64,000 nucleotides of DNA from a virus (IMGVR_UViG_3300037882_002341:128958-192957); one strand, 5' to 3'; positions 10,359-20,328 are shown, numbered from the stretch's first letter. Numbers and translations: made by a program. The notes: generated by a model from the sequence alone, not told the origin.

Positions 10359-10583
10359 TTACTCTTTCTTCCTAGCCTTCGTCTCCTTAAGAAGCTCTGA
10401 GGCAATCTCAAGAAGATCATCATCAGTGGCATGTCTTAGGCTTTCAATATACTCCGGTGGATTGATATCAAATCTTCCCCATCCCGTACGATCAATAGCC
10501 TCTTTGAAAGGAAAATCATCTTGCACAATCGGAGTTTCTTTCACAACACTAGCAAGCTCCCTAACTGGGAGCATAATTGCCAT
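10359..10583 (-). CDS. hypothetical protein
   Basis: 74-aa ORF. Confidence 0.3.
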   Translation of the reverse strand: MAIMLPVRELASVVKETPIVQDDFPFKEAIDRTGWGRFDINPPEYIESLRHATDDDLLEIASELLKETKARKKE

Positions 10584-10918
10584 AGGTCAAGGAACACCAC
10601 CTTCATTTACAACTTTACCATCTTTACAAATTGGTTTACCCTTTTGAATCCAGTTTATTAGTCTACGATAGGCGGCTCTATTTTTAGCTTGCCCAAGAGC
10701 AGCTTTTACTATTATCCACTGATGTTTATCTAACATGAGTTTTGCCCCTCTAAGATATGTGCTAGCTCATGTACATTAAGGCCCGCTCCAAGCAATGCCC
10801 TGGCTTCATTAAGACTTTCTTCACTAGGAACACCGCTTGATCTACATGACCAGCAATCAGTATCATCTTCTTCTAAATGACAACAAAGTAAGTCATTCAT
10901 TTTAAATAATCCCTCATC

Positions 10919-12508
10919 TTATAACGAGTCAAACCTAAGACCTCTATCTAGATTATTTACCTCACGCATACCAGTCTTCTTGATCCCAAGAGCCTCTGAA
11001 TAGGCACAACTAATCATAAATACATTATGTGTCTTCTGTTTGCGTAGACAAATCTCAAGACAGTATTCAACAGCAGACTCTACAGTAAAGTCATCGTTGG
11101 CAGACTCTCTATAACACAGTGAGTCTGACATAGTATGCATAAGGGTCCATACATACATAATAAGACCACGTACGTTCTGTGGCTTGCCAGGCATTACATA
11201 GGTATCAATTCTCTCTGAGCCCGCTTCTCTACCAACACACTCGGATACTTTCTCTGGCACATCCGCCAATGTCCCCAGTGTCTTACAGAGAATAAAATGT
11301 CTATCTGCTATTTTCTGATCAATACCATGTAACTCATTGTTGTAGATACGAACTAACTCATCCCTAATCTCATCTTCAGTGGGGTCATTTCTCAGTCTTG
11401 CGATAGGGAACTTCTGGATCTCATCTTCAAGAGTCTTCATATCTGTTGACGTTAGACAAGTTTTATACACGGGGAGAGACTGCGAAGCAGTCATGTACCG
11501 TATACCAGTATTGAATGTTCGGGGACTTATGGGATAAAGTCCTGCATCCAGTATGGTACAACCTCTTAATGGTGTATGGAAGGGAATAGTGGTATCTCCT
11601 GTACCAAAGAGCTTAGCCTTAGACTCAATAGCTCTTTCGTACAGAGTACCAACTATAGGTCCCCACTCAACATGGACATCTTTACTGTCTCCGGTTGCCC
11701 TTTGGATCTCAGCTCTCCACAAGACATTTCCAGGACCATTAACGCCCCAATACTTAGGATGCTTAGCTCCTTTACCAAAATAAAAATCACCGTCTACATC
11801 AACAAGCATTGTCTTAACGATATCGTATTCAATAATCTCACCAGGGAAAGCTGCCGAGAAGAACTCATCCGGTCTATTCTTAGCAGCAACCTCTGTAGGC
11901 AATTCTTGTGCAACACCTAGGAGATTGAAAGACTTATCATCTATCTTAATCTCTTTACCCGTTAAGACCTGAATCACATGCGCCACATCAGCTAAACTAA
12001 TGTTGTTTACCTTCTTACCAAGGACATTAGCAACGAAGTTAAATATACTTTCCTTGTCCCATACCTTTAACTCAGCTTTAGCTACCGACATAAGATCAAG
12101 CTCAAAGGATGTCCCACTGCGGATATACCTACACTTCAATAGAGTTTGCAGGAACGCCTTTAGACCAATATCCTTTGGTTGAAAGTCATTTCTCTCAATA
12201 GACTCAACCAACTTTATTGTTCCATAGAGTCTAAGCTCCGCAATAGCTGCATCATGAGCATTAAGATCTATGCTATCGGGAATGATTTCAGATCTATCAT
12301 CTGGAGATACACCAAACTCTTTCCAGTTTTCGAAGAGAGGTATGGGTATGTTGTCAGGATCAATAGGACCAACATCAACATCTTGACAGCAAGGCATAAC
12401 GCTGTTCTCGATCACCCAGGTGAAAGGTTTCTCAACAACCTCACACTCCATTGAAAGAAAATTGCTATTTGATCCTATCTTTACAAACTTAAGTTGCAGT
12501 ATTCTCAT
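10919..12508 (-). CDS. hypothetical protein (last gene of the AAA+/VWA operon)
   Basis: 529-aa ORF starting 10 nt after the upstream stop; no motif recognised. Confidence 0.45.
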   Translation of the reverse strand: MRILQLKFVKIGSNSNFLSMECEVVEKPFTWVIENSVMPCCQDVDVGPIDPDNIPIPLFENWKEFGVSPDDRSEIIPDSIDLNAHDAAIAELRLYGTIKLVESIERNDFQPKDIGLKAFLQTLLKCRYIRSGTSFELDLMSVAKAELKVWDKESIFNFVANVLGKKVNNISLADVAHVIQVLTGKEIKIDDKSFNLLGVAQELPTEVAAKNRPDEFFSAAFPGEIIEYDIVKTMLVDVDGDFYFGKGAKHPKYWGVNGPGNVLWRAEIQRATGDSKDVHVEWGPIVGTLYERAIESKAKLFGTGDTTIPFHTPLRGCTILDAGLYPISPRTFNTGIRYMTASQSLPVYKTCLTSTDMKTLEDEIQKFPIARLRNDPTEDEIRDELVRIYNNELHGIDQKIADRHFILCKTLGTLADVPEKVSECVGREAGSERIDTYVMPGKPQNVRGLIMYVWTLMHTMSDSLCYRESANDDFTVESAVEYCLEICLRKQKTHNVFMISCAYSEALGIKKTGMREVNNLDRGLRFDSL

Positions 12509-12517
12509 CGCAACTCC

Positions 12518-12772
12518 TTACTTCACCATAATCTCAACCTGAACAGGAACAATTTCAAAATCGGAAGCAATAGTTTGGGTATACCTACCACTAATTGCAA
12601 ACTGTCCACCGCGTTTCATTTTCCAACTCAATCCAGCCTTAGCGGATGTCACAGTTGTAAATAGAGACGCAGGACCAGGATGAGATCTACCACACTTACC
12701 AAACACTTGTCCAGTGGGCTTGTGTCTAAGGAGGAAATACTCTCTGGAATGAAGAACAACAAGATTACTCAT
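12518..12772 (-). CDS. small protein, tandem paralog family A
   Basis: 84 aa. Shares K/R-x-K-x-TG ... G ... E-I/L-V/I-PV-x-V/I-E-I/V with 12769..13002. ATGA start/stop overlap. Confidence 0.4.
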   Translation of the reverse strand: MSNLVVLHSREYFLLRHKPTGQVFGKCGRSHPGPASLFTTVTSAKAGLSWKMKRGGQFAISGRYTQTIASDFEIVPVQVEIMVK

Positions 12773-13002
12773 AGTTTCTCCGGCTTATCTGTGTGTACTT
12801 TAACTTCGATAGTGACAGGAATAAGTTCATAACTACCATGAGAGTAGTAACGAACCGAGTCGATTGCATTACCTCTACGATGAAAACATTTATTAATAGA
12901 TGTTAGATTACGAGGATCATGCCCACTGTCTCTACCATGTATTACTCCAGTTGTTTTATTCCTTACAAGCCAATAGGTCTTTATACCATCTAGCTTGTGC
13001 AT
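12769..13002 (-). CDS. small protein, tandem paralog family A
   Basis: 77 aa; paralog of 12518..12772; its start overlaps the stop of the AAA+ gene. Confidence 0.4.
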   Translation of the reverse strand: MHKLDGIKTYWLVRNKTTGVIHGRDSGHDPRNLTSINKCFHRRGNAIDSVRYYSHGSYELIPVTIEVKVHTDKPEKL

Positions 13003-14534
13003 TAAGCCACAGCCTTTGCAAGGATCTCCCTGAAATCTATTTGCTTATCCTCAATACGACGCTTCAACCTCTGGAAGTTGCCATCCGGTTCCGCAGAGAC
13101 AAACTCATGCACAGCTTCAACGGCAATAAGACCCTCAATAGGGTCACGCGCCATCGAAGACTCAATAAGAGTATTGATATCACCAATAGATCCTATCAAC
13201 TGACCAGGAAGCTTGGGAAGCTCAGGATCAATATGATTCTGTCTCACCTTCCTCTTCATAGAATCCAACACATTCTGAGGAAGAATACCATTCTTGCCGC
13301 TGCTACGCAGCTTAGCATCAACATTAATGGCAACGAAAGCAAGAAGATCGGCAGACCTCTCGTTCATTGAACTAATTCTCTGCCAGCCGGTATTAAGAAC
13401 TTCCTCAGAAGTTATCTTCCCAGAGATAAGAATACGGGCACGTTCAACAGGATCTCTTGAGCAGAATAGATCATACTGCAGTCTCTGCTCAGCAGCACTA
13501 TGTGTATCTAACGCATGATAGCTTTCGCGGATAGCAGTGTTAACAAACGTACGCATAGTCTGCCAAGGGAAGTCCTCTTCATTAATACCGACAGGAATAG
13601 TAGCATTAATGGCTTCCTGCATACTGTTTCTAAGATTAGTCGGATAGACATTAAGCTCCGAGTCAAGAGCCAATTCAATGGCCCTATTTGCAATGATGGT
13701 ACGACGAATATAAGCTAACCGTCTACCTGACAATCTAACAGGAGCGGGACTCTTATCATCCTTACTCTCAGTCATCCTCTGTAACAGGGAATCAGCAAAG
13801 AGAGACAGGAAGTCAGAAAGATTAGGCATATCATTTTCAATTTGCAGCCAGAACTTAGAAGCCTTTAGCATAAGCTTCTCAAACACGATAGAGGCAGCTT
13901 TATAATCAGTAGTGTCCTGGGTTCTAACAATATCACCAGCACTAGCACCGGCTTTCTTAAGCCAATCTCCCAAGGCAGGAGCATCGGATCTAGACATAGA
14001 GCTTGCAATCTTAGATCTATCCACTGTGTCCATGCTTAAGGCATCAGGAGCCCAAACATACACACTGAAGCGATCTACGATAGCAGGCGTAAGCTTATTG
14101 GCTCCAGCATGACCGACAGGGTTCATGTTGGCCCAGCACCAGCGTGTACCCGTGTCAACTCCGCCAATGGTACCAGATCTAAGATGCTCTAGCACCTTGC
14201 CCTGAATAGCAGGCTTGCAGCGGTTAATCTCTTCGTATGTCACGAAGGACTTACCCCAGATAGTGCCAGGGGCTTTCATGTAAGCCATCTCACCCTGTTG
14301 CATCTTTGGAATGTCTAACACACCAAGGATGTCATCGAAAGACACAGCATTCAAATCGAATGGAGCGAAGCTTACATTCATTACCTTAGCCAACTTCTGC
14401 GGCAATAAAGTCTTTGCTGCACCAGGATGACTAATAAGTAGGGCTCTGTCACCAGTTAAGATGGTTGATAGTAAGAGGTTCTCAAGTTGCTGAGGCCACC
14501 CGTATACTTGAATTTCGCCGAAGATCCTGGACAC
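13002..14534 (-). CDS. AAA+ ATPase, MoxR/CobS-like
   Basis: Walker A LLISHPGAAKTLL; 510 aa; the same operon carries a VWA-domain protein. Confidence 0.6.
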   Translation of the reverse strand: MSRIFGEIQVYGWPQQLENLLLSTILTGDRALLISHPGAAKTLLPQKLAKVMNVSFAPFDLNAVSFDDILGVLDIPKMQQGEMAYMKAPGTIWGKSFVTYEEINRCKPAIQGKVLEHLRSGTIGGVDTGTRWCWANMNPVGHAGANKLTPAIVDRFSVYVWAPDALSMDTVDRSKIASSMSRSDAPALGDWLKKAGASAGDIVRTQDTTDYKAASIVFEKLMLKASKFWLQIENDMPNLSDFLSLFADSLLQRMTESKDDKSPAPVRLSGRRLAYIRRTIIANRAIELALDSELNVYPTNLRNSMQEAINATIPVGINEEDFPWQTMRTFVNTAIRESYHALDTHSAAEQRLQYDLFCSRDPVERARILISGKITSEEVLNTGWQRISSMNERSADLLAFVAINVDAKLRSSGKNGILPQNVLDSMKRKVRQNHIDPELPKLPGQLIGSIGDINTLIESSMARDPIEGLIAVEAVHEFVSAEPDGNFQRLKRRIEDKQIDFREILAKAVA

Positions 14535-14540
14535 AGTAAG

Positions 14541-14759
14541 TTACTCCTTGGTTTCTGATACTTTAGATAGAAATTCTTCAGTAAGCGTATCGATATGTTG
14601 TTTGCCACATGGCAAGCAAAACCACGCATAGAGGACAAGGCCTTTGCGGACTGGGACATCATTCTCTTCAGCCAATGGCTCAACCTGAGCACCACCCAAT
14701 GGCATCTTAAAGAATGGATAAGTCTGGATTCTCTTGCACCCATAACATACGACTGGCAC
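14541..14759 (-). CDS. zinc-ribbon protein
   Basis: 72 aa; CYGCKRIQ ... CLPCGKQH. Confidence 0.4.
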   Translation of the reverse strand: MPVVCYGCKRIQTYPFFKMPLGGAQVEPLAEENDVPVRKGLVLYAWFCLPCGKQHIDTLTEEFLSKVSETKE

Positions 14760-15178
14760 TAGTCAGTCCTCTCAGCAATATGGATAATTTGCCGATCATC
14801 AATATCACTAAACACATAGGCCCATTGATAATCGGATTCTTTTAGATGAAAAACTCTGACAACATATTGAAGTGGCAAAGTTGGATAATCATCACGTATA
14901 CCCCAAAGACAGACTCCTGTATCAGATTCGTCATGTCTATCTTCCTCTATCCGATTTCTGATCTTCTTCTTGACAAATCTAGTCCAGTTCTTTGGATCAT
15001 TAGGATCCAGTCCAGAAAAGTGGTAGTCAAGATATTCTTTAGTAAATGTTTTGCCCTTCCACTTACCATTAGCTATCCAAAACTTAATACAAATATCAGA
15101 AGTAAGCTTGCCCATTAGATTTCTCTCATAGCTTTGACACCAAGCTTCTGTAGTTCTTCCGTCAATCCCAAAGCACAT
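14759..15178 (-). CDS. hypothetical protein
   Basis: 139-aa ORF in the operon. Confidence 0.4.
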   Translation of the reverse strand: MCFGIDGRTTEAWCQSYERNLMGKLTSDICIKFWIANGKWKGKTFTKEYLDYHFSGLDPNDPKNWTRFVKKKIRNRIEEDRHDESDTGVCLWGIRDDYPTLPLQYVVRVFHLKESDYQWAYVFSDIDDRQIIHIAERTD

Positions 15179-15333
15179 TCGCCATGGAAGAATCCCTGTC
15201 CACCAGGACCAGGATGCATAGAAAGAAAGACAGCTGCCTTATTTTTCTCAACATCTTTCTTGCACCATTTACAGGGAACTGGTTTCTTAGGACTGTCAAT
15301 CAAAGGTGTAACTCTGCCTCTTCTATCTTTCAT
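15115..15333 (-). CDS. small zinc-finger-like protein
   Basis: 72 aa; CKWCKK ... HGECALG. Overlaps 14759..15178 in another frame, so one of the two ends may be shorter. Confidence 0.3.
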   Translation of the reverse strand: MKDRRGRVTPLIDSPKKPVPCKWCKKDVEKNKAAVFLSMHPGPGGQGFFHGECALGLTEELQKLGVKAMREI

Positions 15334-16853
15334 TAGGTCTTATCCTTAAATGCATCAGAAAGCATGCACGCACTGTTATAGCGTTGACCAAGCCAGGTCT
15401 TAGTAAGGAACATGTCTAATATTTCCTTATTAGCCATGTAAAATGGATCCCCGCTTGTAACACCTGTAACCTCGTTACCTCTTACGTAATGAGAGCCACC
15501 GGGTAACTGGGTAACCATAAGAACCAGCACCTTACTAATCTTCTTATCCGCTTCCTCACGAATCTTTGGATTGTTTACATCTGCCCAGCCATCCGTAATG
15601 ATAAGTACCTTATCATAGTTGTGCTCTATTGCGTGAGCAAGAACACAATCAAAATCGGTACCTCCTGTGCTATTAATTCTTACTTTATTACCCTTGATAT
15701 CGTTAAATGGAATCTCAGCCACCATATTAGAGAACTGATATATCTTTTCAACCATATCCTCAACACACTGGATTACACCAAGAGTGTAAGGAATAAAGGA
15801 ATAGAAAGAACCAGACACATCCATATAGATAGCTAGTCCACCGTCTCCATCCTCAACTTCTTTCTCGGTTTCCTGCTCGAAGAAGATAGGTGTCCATCCC
15901 ATGGCTAGTTTAAACGCATCACGTTTAGTGAGCTTCAGTGGCAGCATACTTTGTTCTGGTTCATCGGGTTCAAAAGTCTTACGGATCTTTTTCTTAATAG
16001 TATCAAGAACGAAGTCCTCAACAAGAATGGTCTTGAGACTCTTGTTGGAGTTCATCCTCTCTACAACAAAGTCGCCCATTACATTAGAGTAACCCGCTGA
16101 TTGACAAGCTTCTTTAACACCATTACTCATATGTTCTACAAGGCTTGGTGGCAAACGATCCGACTTAGTTTTAATAACCTGTTGCTCACCCGCTCCCTCA
16201 AAACCATGAGCATAGTTTCCTTTCCCCTTGCTTTGGCCAGGGGTACCTTCTTCACCCTCTTCCCCCTCGCCCTCTCCTTCTCCCGCTTCACCTCCTCCTT
16301 GTCCAAACCCGGGAACCTGAATATCATTAGGATCTAATCCCTGAGGGATTAGACTGGTATCAAGGAAGAGAATACGAAGAGCCTGCTCCACGTTACTTAT
16401 ATTAGTAAACCGTGCTTCTCTATCCCAAATACCTCTATAAATACGCTTAAGACGGCTATGATAACCTCTAGCATTAGGTCTCATTAAACATTCAGGGAGA
16501 TCTTTGGCAGAATACATTGCTCTAGGCAACTCATGGTACCCAAAAGCATGGAATAAATAAGCATTAATAACTGCACCAGCAGCGACTTTACTTATCCAGT
16601 CGGGATTATGATACTGTACACCTAGTACGTGCTTCATAATCTCAGCAAAGACAACATGCTTAGCCTTCTCTGGTGTATCTATATTAGCATCCCACCAATC
16701 AGGGTCATAATAAAGAACGCCATCCGCACCAAGCATAATGCCGCATGTTATGGAATCCTCTTCCACTCTGGTGCAGAAATTCTGGAGTGTTACAGCTTCT
16801 GCACCAATAACTTGTCCCATAATACGATGTAACTTAGCAAGTGTAAGTTTCAT
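15333..16853 (-). CDS. VWA-domain protein (CobT-like partner of the AAA+ ATPase)
   Basis: MIDAS-like DVSGSF near the C-terminus; acidic Gly/Glu low-complexity tract; 506 aa. Confidence 0.55.
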   Translation of the reverse strand: MKLTLAKLHRIMGQVIGAEAVTLQNFCTRVEEDSITCGIMLGADGVLYYDPDWWDANIDTPEKAKHVVFAEIMKHVLGVQYHNPDWISKVAAGAVINAYLFHAFGYHELPRAMYSAKDLPECLMRPNARGYHSRLKRIYRGIWDREARFTNISNVEQALRILFLDTSLIPQGLDPNDIQVPGFGQGGGEAGEGEGEGEEGEEGTPGQSKGKGNYAHGFEGAGEQQVIKTKSDRLPPSLVEHMSNGVKEACQSAGYSNVMGDFVVERMNSNKSLKTILVEDFVLDTIKKKIRKTFEPDEPEQSMLPLKLTKRDAFKLAMGWTPIFFEQETEKEVEDGDGGLAIYMDVSGSFYSFIPYTLGVIQCVEDMVEKIYQFSNMVAEIPFNDIKGNKVRINSTGGTDFDCVLAHAIEHNYDKVLIITDGWADVNNPKIREEADKKISKVLVLMVTQLPGGSHYVRGNEVTGVTSGDPFYMANKEILDMFLTKTWLGQRYNSACMLSDAFKDKT

Positions 16854-16875
16854 ATGTTAATTTCCACTAGATATA

Positions 16876-17157
16876 TCAGTTGTCACAATGATCTCTCACA
16901 AGATTATACCAATTACGATGAACAGCTTTAAACTCAGGAGCAGCATATACCATATCAAGATATTCTCCCCCACGCTGGGCTGCCTTGTCTCTAGCTAGAC
17001 GAGCAGCCTCTTCTCTTGTGAGAGCAAGAAAAACATATACCTGATCGTCACTAGGATCAGTTATGTTGTTCATCCAGCAGAACCACTTCTTCTTTCTTTT
17101 CCCCTTAGGCATTCTCAGGCTCCACATCCAGATTCTGTACAGCAGTATAACCACCAA
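16876..17157 (-). CDS. hypothetical protein (KKKKW motif)
   Basis: 93 aa; shares KKKKW-F/Y ... EEA with 17105..17377, so possibly tandem paralogs. Confidence 0.3.
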   Translation of the reverse strand: MVVILLYRIWMWSLRMPKGKRKKKWFCWMNNITDPSDDQVYVFLALTREEAARLARDKAAQRGGEYLDMVYAAPEFKAVHRNWYNLVRDHCDN

Positions 17158-17377
17158 GACTTCCCTTAGAGTTTGTCTTTCTGGTTCCCTTTAATGCTTT
17201 GTAAGACAAGGGGAAAAGTCTCTTAAGCTGCTCTGTCCCAAGAATGGGATTATCATTAGAACAAATGTTGGGATAGGAAGCATCAAATGTAACTCTAGCT
17301 TCTTCAATGGTATGCTCTCTAATGCATACATACGTATCATTAACATACAGATACCACTTCTTCTTCTTGGTCTTCAT
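17105..17377 (-). CDS. hypothetical protein (KKKKW motif)
   Basis: 90 aa. Confidence 0.3.
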   Translation of the reverse strand: MKTKKKKWYLYVNDTYVCIREHTIEEARVTFDASYPNICSNDNPILGTEQLKRLFPLSYKALKGTRKTNSKGSLGGYTAVQNLDVEPENA

Positions 17378-17564
17378 TTTAATTTCCTTATAGTAAAAAC
17401 TTAGCCAGGTAAAATAATTTCCATAACAATTGCACCGATCTCAGAGTTCAAATCACTAATATAATCAAGATCGGGATCTCTCTTTAATAGCTCACCCTCA
17501 ATATCCTGATAAATAGTTAGGATATCATTAAGCTGTGATAATAGTTTCTCCTTATTTTTCTTTT

Positions 17565-17879
17565 TCATAACCACTCCGCTTTACTACGTTTCCTTGTAGG
17601 TAACTTGTAAGGATTAACATATCCAGAATGCTGATCAACTTCTTCTATAAAGTCCTGAACATAAAGTGGAGTCGGTATCTCTACTGTTTCACCAAAAGTA
17701 TCCACAAAGGCACAACTATTACCATAAGTAGAGCATTCTCTAGATATTGCCTTTGATATTGGACAAGTAGTAATTGACCGTGTCATACCAATAGGTAATT
17801 TCTTAAGTGGTTTCAATCCATTATCGGCTCTCACCCTATTTACCCACTTAAGAACTCTATCTAACTTGTTCTTTGTCAT
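17565..17879 (-). CDS. hypothetical protein
   Basis: 104 aa; several Cys residues. Confidence 0.35.
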   Translation of the reverse strand: MTKNKLDRVLKWVNRVRADNGLKPLKKLPIGMTRSITTCPISKAISRECSTYGNSCAFVDTFGETVEIPTPLYVQDFIEEVDQHSGYVNPYKLPTRKRSKAEWL

Positions 17880-18375
17880 GACGATCTAACTCCCTGGAAT
17901 AATATCTGTAGATATTTGCTTCTTTTAAACTACTTAAGTAACGTGGTGAACTATTACTTAGTACATCAAGTAAGAAAAGTTTTCTATTTATCTTCAGAGA
18001 AAGATATTCCTTTCTACTTATATTCATTTGAACAATGTAATACAAAACGTGAAGATAATATAGAACATCCTCTGTGTGTCTTTCCTCTACAACCAGAGGA
18101 CTCTCAATAACAAGCTTATGTTTAGGGTTAGTAGTCCAAAGGACAGCCCCTCTTTGATAGCCTGGTCTATCCAATCTCATTACTTCCTGAAGAACATCTG
18201 CTATATTCTTATCAAACCTGGTCTTAGGCCACCACATAGCTATAGTATGAGAGTTCTTCAGTAGAGCCTGATGGTCAACGGCACCAATAATTACAGGACC
18301 TATCTTATCAACAGTACCTCCCATGATACCGTCAGATACAATGTCCCAGTTCCCAATTTCTTGGAGCCATTGCAT
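17857..18375 (-). CDS. hypothetical protein
   Basis: 172 aa. Confidence 0.4.
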   Translation of the reverse strand: MQWLQEIGNWDIVSDGIMGGTVDKIGPVIIGAVDHQALLKNSHTIAMWWPKTRFDKNIADVLQEVMRLDRPGYQRGAVLWTTNPKHKLVIESPLVVEERHTEDVLYYLHVLYYIVQMNISRKEYLSLKINRKLFLLDVLSNSSPRYLSSLKEANIYRYYSRELDRHDKEQVR

Positions 18376-18398
18376 TAAAAGACTCCTAAGTAATACGG

Positions 18399-19007
18399 TT
18401 ATGCAGTTTGCAAACTCTTAGGTTCCTGATCCTTTTCAATAGTGCGCTTAAAGCACATATTACTAGCACTATGAAAGACAACAACACCCTCTGGTTTCAT
18501 AAACCCAGGAGAGGCAGAGCTTCCTCTTTCCCGAAGTAAGGTAAGACAATCTTCAATATAGCCCATGTCAAATATACCACGATATAATACTGGAACAAGA
18601 TTACAACATGCAGGAGGATCACCATCTCCTGTTGCAGACCATCTAGTGGTATTAAAGAGACTCCATTTCTTCTCACCCTTCGGTAGCCCATACCCGCGCT
18701 GGATACCAGAGCCCCACCACTCACCGAAATGTCGTCCAGGACCAAGCTTAACAAGTTCCTCCGCATGGTCTTTGACCCATGTTGCAAACCCATGATTATC
18801 ATCACCAGGGACAATATACTTAGTGCGAGAGCCTGCGAGGATTGCATATCCATTTATATAAGCAACAGCAGGCACTGTTGGATCTGACAATAGTCTTGTA
18901 TCAATAATAAATACCTGCGCATTTGTTCCGTCGATCTTCTCGGTAACAATTATGTCGCGCTGTAAGCGTGCAATTTTTGGGAACTCCATAAAATCTTCGT
19001 CGGCCAT
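18399..19007 (-). CDS. ATP-dependent RNA ligase-like nucleotidyltransferase (Rnl2-type, minimal domain)
   Basis: Motif I EKIDGTN (KxDG lysine adenylylation site), motif III HFGEWWG, motif IV PEGVVVF and motif V K in FKRTIEK are all in the canonical order. Only 202 aa, so nucleotidyltransferase domain only. A DNA ligase fragment cannot be excluded. Confidence 0.5.
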   Translation of the reverse strand: MADEDFMEFPKIARLQRDIIVTEKIDGTNAQVFIIDTRLLSDPTVPAVAYINGYAILAGSRTKYIVPGDDNHGFATWVKDHAEELVKLGPGRHFGEWWGSGIQRGYGLPKGEKKWSLFNTTRWSATGDGDPPACCNLVPVLYRGIFDMGYIEDCLTLLRERGSSASPGFMKPEGVVVFHSASNMCFKRTIEKDQEPKSLQTA

Positions 19008-19040
19008 ATCCCCTCGTTTTCAAAACAGAAATAGTACTAC

Positions 19041-19074
19041 GAAACTTCCACCAGAATTTTTTATACCGTTTTCT
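19041..19074 (-). promoter_or_regulatory. conserved ~34-nt intergenic motif, copy 1 (promoter or 5'-UTR candidate)
   Basis: Plus strand GAAACTTCCACCAGAATTTTTTATACCGTTTTCT. On the minus strand it reads AGAAAACGGTATAAAAAATTCTGGTGGAAGTTTC, containing TATAAAAAAT, and ends 33 nt upstream of the ATG of 18399..19007. Confidence 0.35.
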
Positions 19075-19228
19075 CACTCCTATAACTCAACATCGTCTAT
19101 AGTTTTATCTATGTAAGCTTTAAGTGTAAGAACAATATTAATTGCCTCGTCGCAATCGAACGTTCCCTCTTCAATCTCGTGCAATAAGTCTTTCAAAGCC
19201 CGGCAATACCCCTCTTCATAATCAGACA

Positions 19229-19840
19229 CTATAGCGCCTCATCTACTAGCATCCAAATAAGTTCTTTACCGGTAGGATCTATACCAAAGATTCTACCCTC
19301 GATAAAGACATTATCTTTTGGATTGATATCAATACTTGCTTCGGGACTAAGTACCATTTGGTATACTCTTTCCTTCCACTTACTAGAAGGATCCTTCTCC
19401 TTAGGATTAGTATAAGAGTACTTCAGATTCAATCTATTCCCATCTCTCGATACCATCTCACCATCAAAATAGATTTTATTTCTTGCAGGAAAGGGGAGGT
19501 CTTGAATCTTTACTTGGCGCCAAGGGGCGTCAACATAGAGAGACGCAGGGAACCTTCCATCGGCACTAGCCTCTCTTGGTTTAACAGAACCCCTCATGAA
19601 TATATGCTTGTTAGCTACAAGCAGAGTTCTAAAAGTATTAAATCGAGAGTTGGTTATATCTTGAGCAGTGTACTTTACACCAACAAATATAGGATGCTCC
19701 TTTATCATACGTGTCCCAATATATTGGACAGGTATGTGAAGTCTAAGTCTAAAAGACCCATAGGGTCTTTCCTGTGTCGGTGGATTATCTTGACAGTAAG
19801 TAATCCTACCAGTCAACTGAAAATCACATGTCCCTGGCAT
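19229..19840 (-). CDS. hypothetical protein
   Basis: 203 aa. Confidence 0.4.
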   Translation of the reverse strand: MPGTCDFQLTGRITYCQDNPPTQERPYGSFRLRLHIPVQYIGTRMIKEHPIFVGVKYTAQDITNSRFNTFRTLLVANKHIFMRGSVKPREASADGRFPASLYVDAPWRQVKIQDLPFPARNKIYFDGEMVSRDGNRLNLKYSYTNPKEKDPSSKWKERVYQMVLSPEASIDINPKDNVFIEGRIFGIDPTGKELIWMLVDEAL

Positions 19841-20328
19841 TATTGTTCATCCTTCTTCACAACGTTAAAGGGATCATAAGTTAACGGACTCTTGAAAGCC
19901 TTCATCTCAGCCAGGACCATCTTCTGTTGTGGTAGATTTAGCTGTCTACAGCGAGAGGCCACACTATACACATGATTGACGTAGATGTCCCTGTAGGCCT
20001 CGCCAATGGCTCTAGCGGCCCCATTAGCGAATGCTCTCGCAATTATTGCGGACTTAACAGGATCAAGCATAGCCTTGGGATCAATAAGATCCCAGAACCA
20101 TTTAAAGCTTATCTCTGTACTCTGACCAAACTTTTCATTCTCAAAGTTACCTTTATTAATATTGCGATTTCCGCTAACCTTAATACTAGTAACTCTTGAT
20201 GTACTATGTACGAGAGATTCTAACTGTTCCACTGTTAAGCGAACCATCTCTCTCTCGGGCCCGTACAACTGAAGTTCAACACTGTCTTCAACAACATCCT
20301 GTTCCTTGTTCAGTTCTTCTGTAGACAC
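19840..20328 (-). CDS. hypothetical protein
   Basis: 162 aa. Confidence 0.4.
   Translation of the reverse strand: MSTEELNKEQDVVEDSVELQLYGPEREMVRLTVEQLESLVHSTSRVTSIKVSGNRNINKGNFENEKFGQSTEISFKWFWDLIDPKAMLDPVKSAIIARAFANGAARAIGEAYRDIYVNHVYSVASRCRQLNLPQQKMVLAEMKAFKSPLTYDPFNVVKKDEQ

Noticed and set aside
16230-16310. Short-period repeat (ccctc/ctcc units) that could be mistaken for a tandem DNA repeat or CRISPR-like array
   Set aside because: It is the coding sequence for the Gly/Glu-rich low-complexity tract (GEGEGEGEEGEEG) of the VWA protein. No spacer-repeat architecture exists anywhere in the window.
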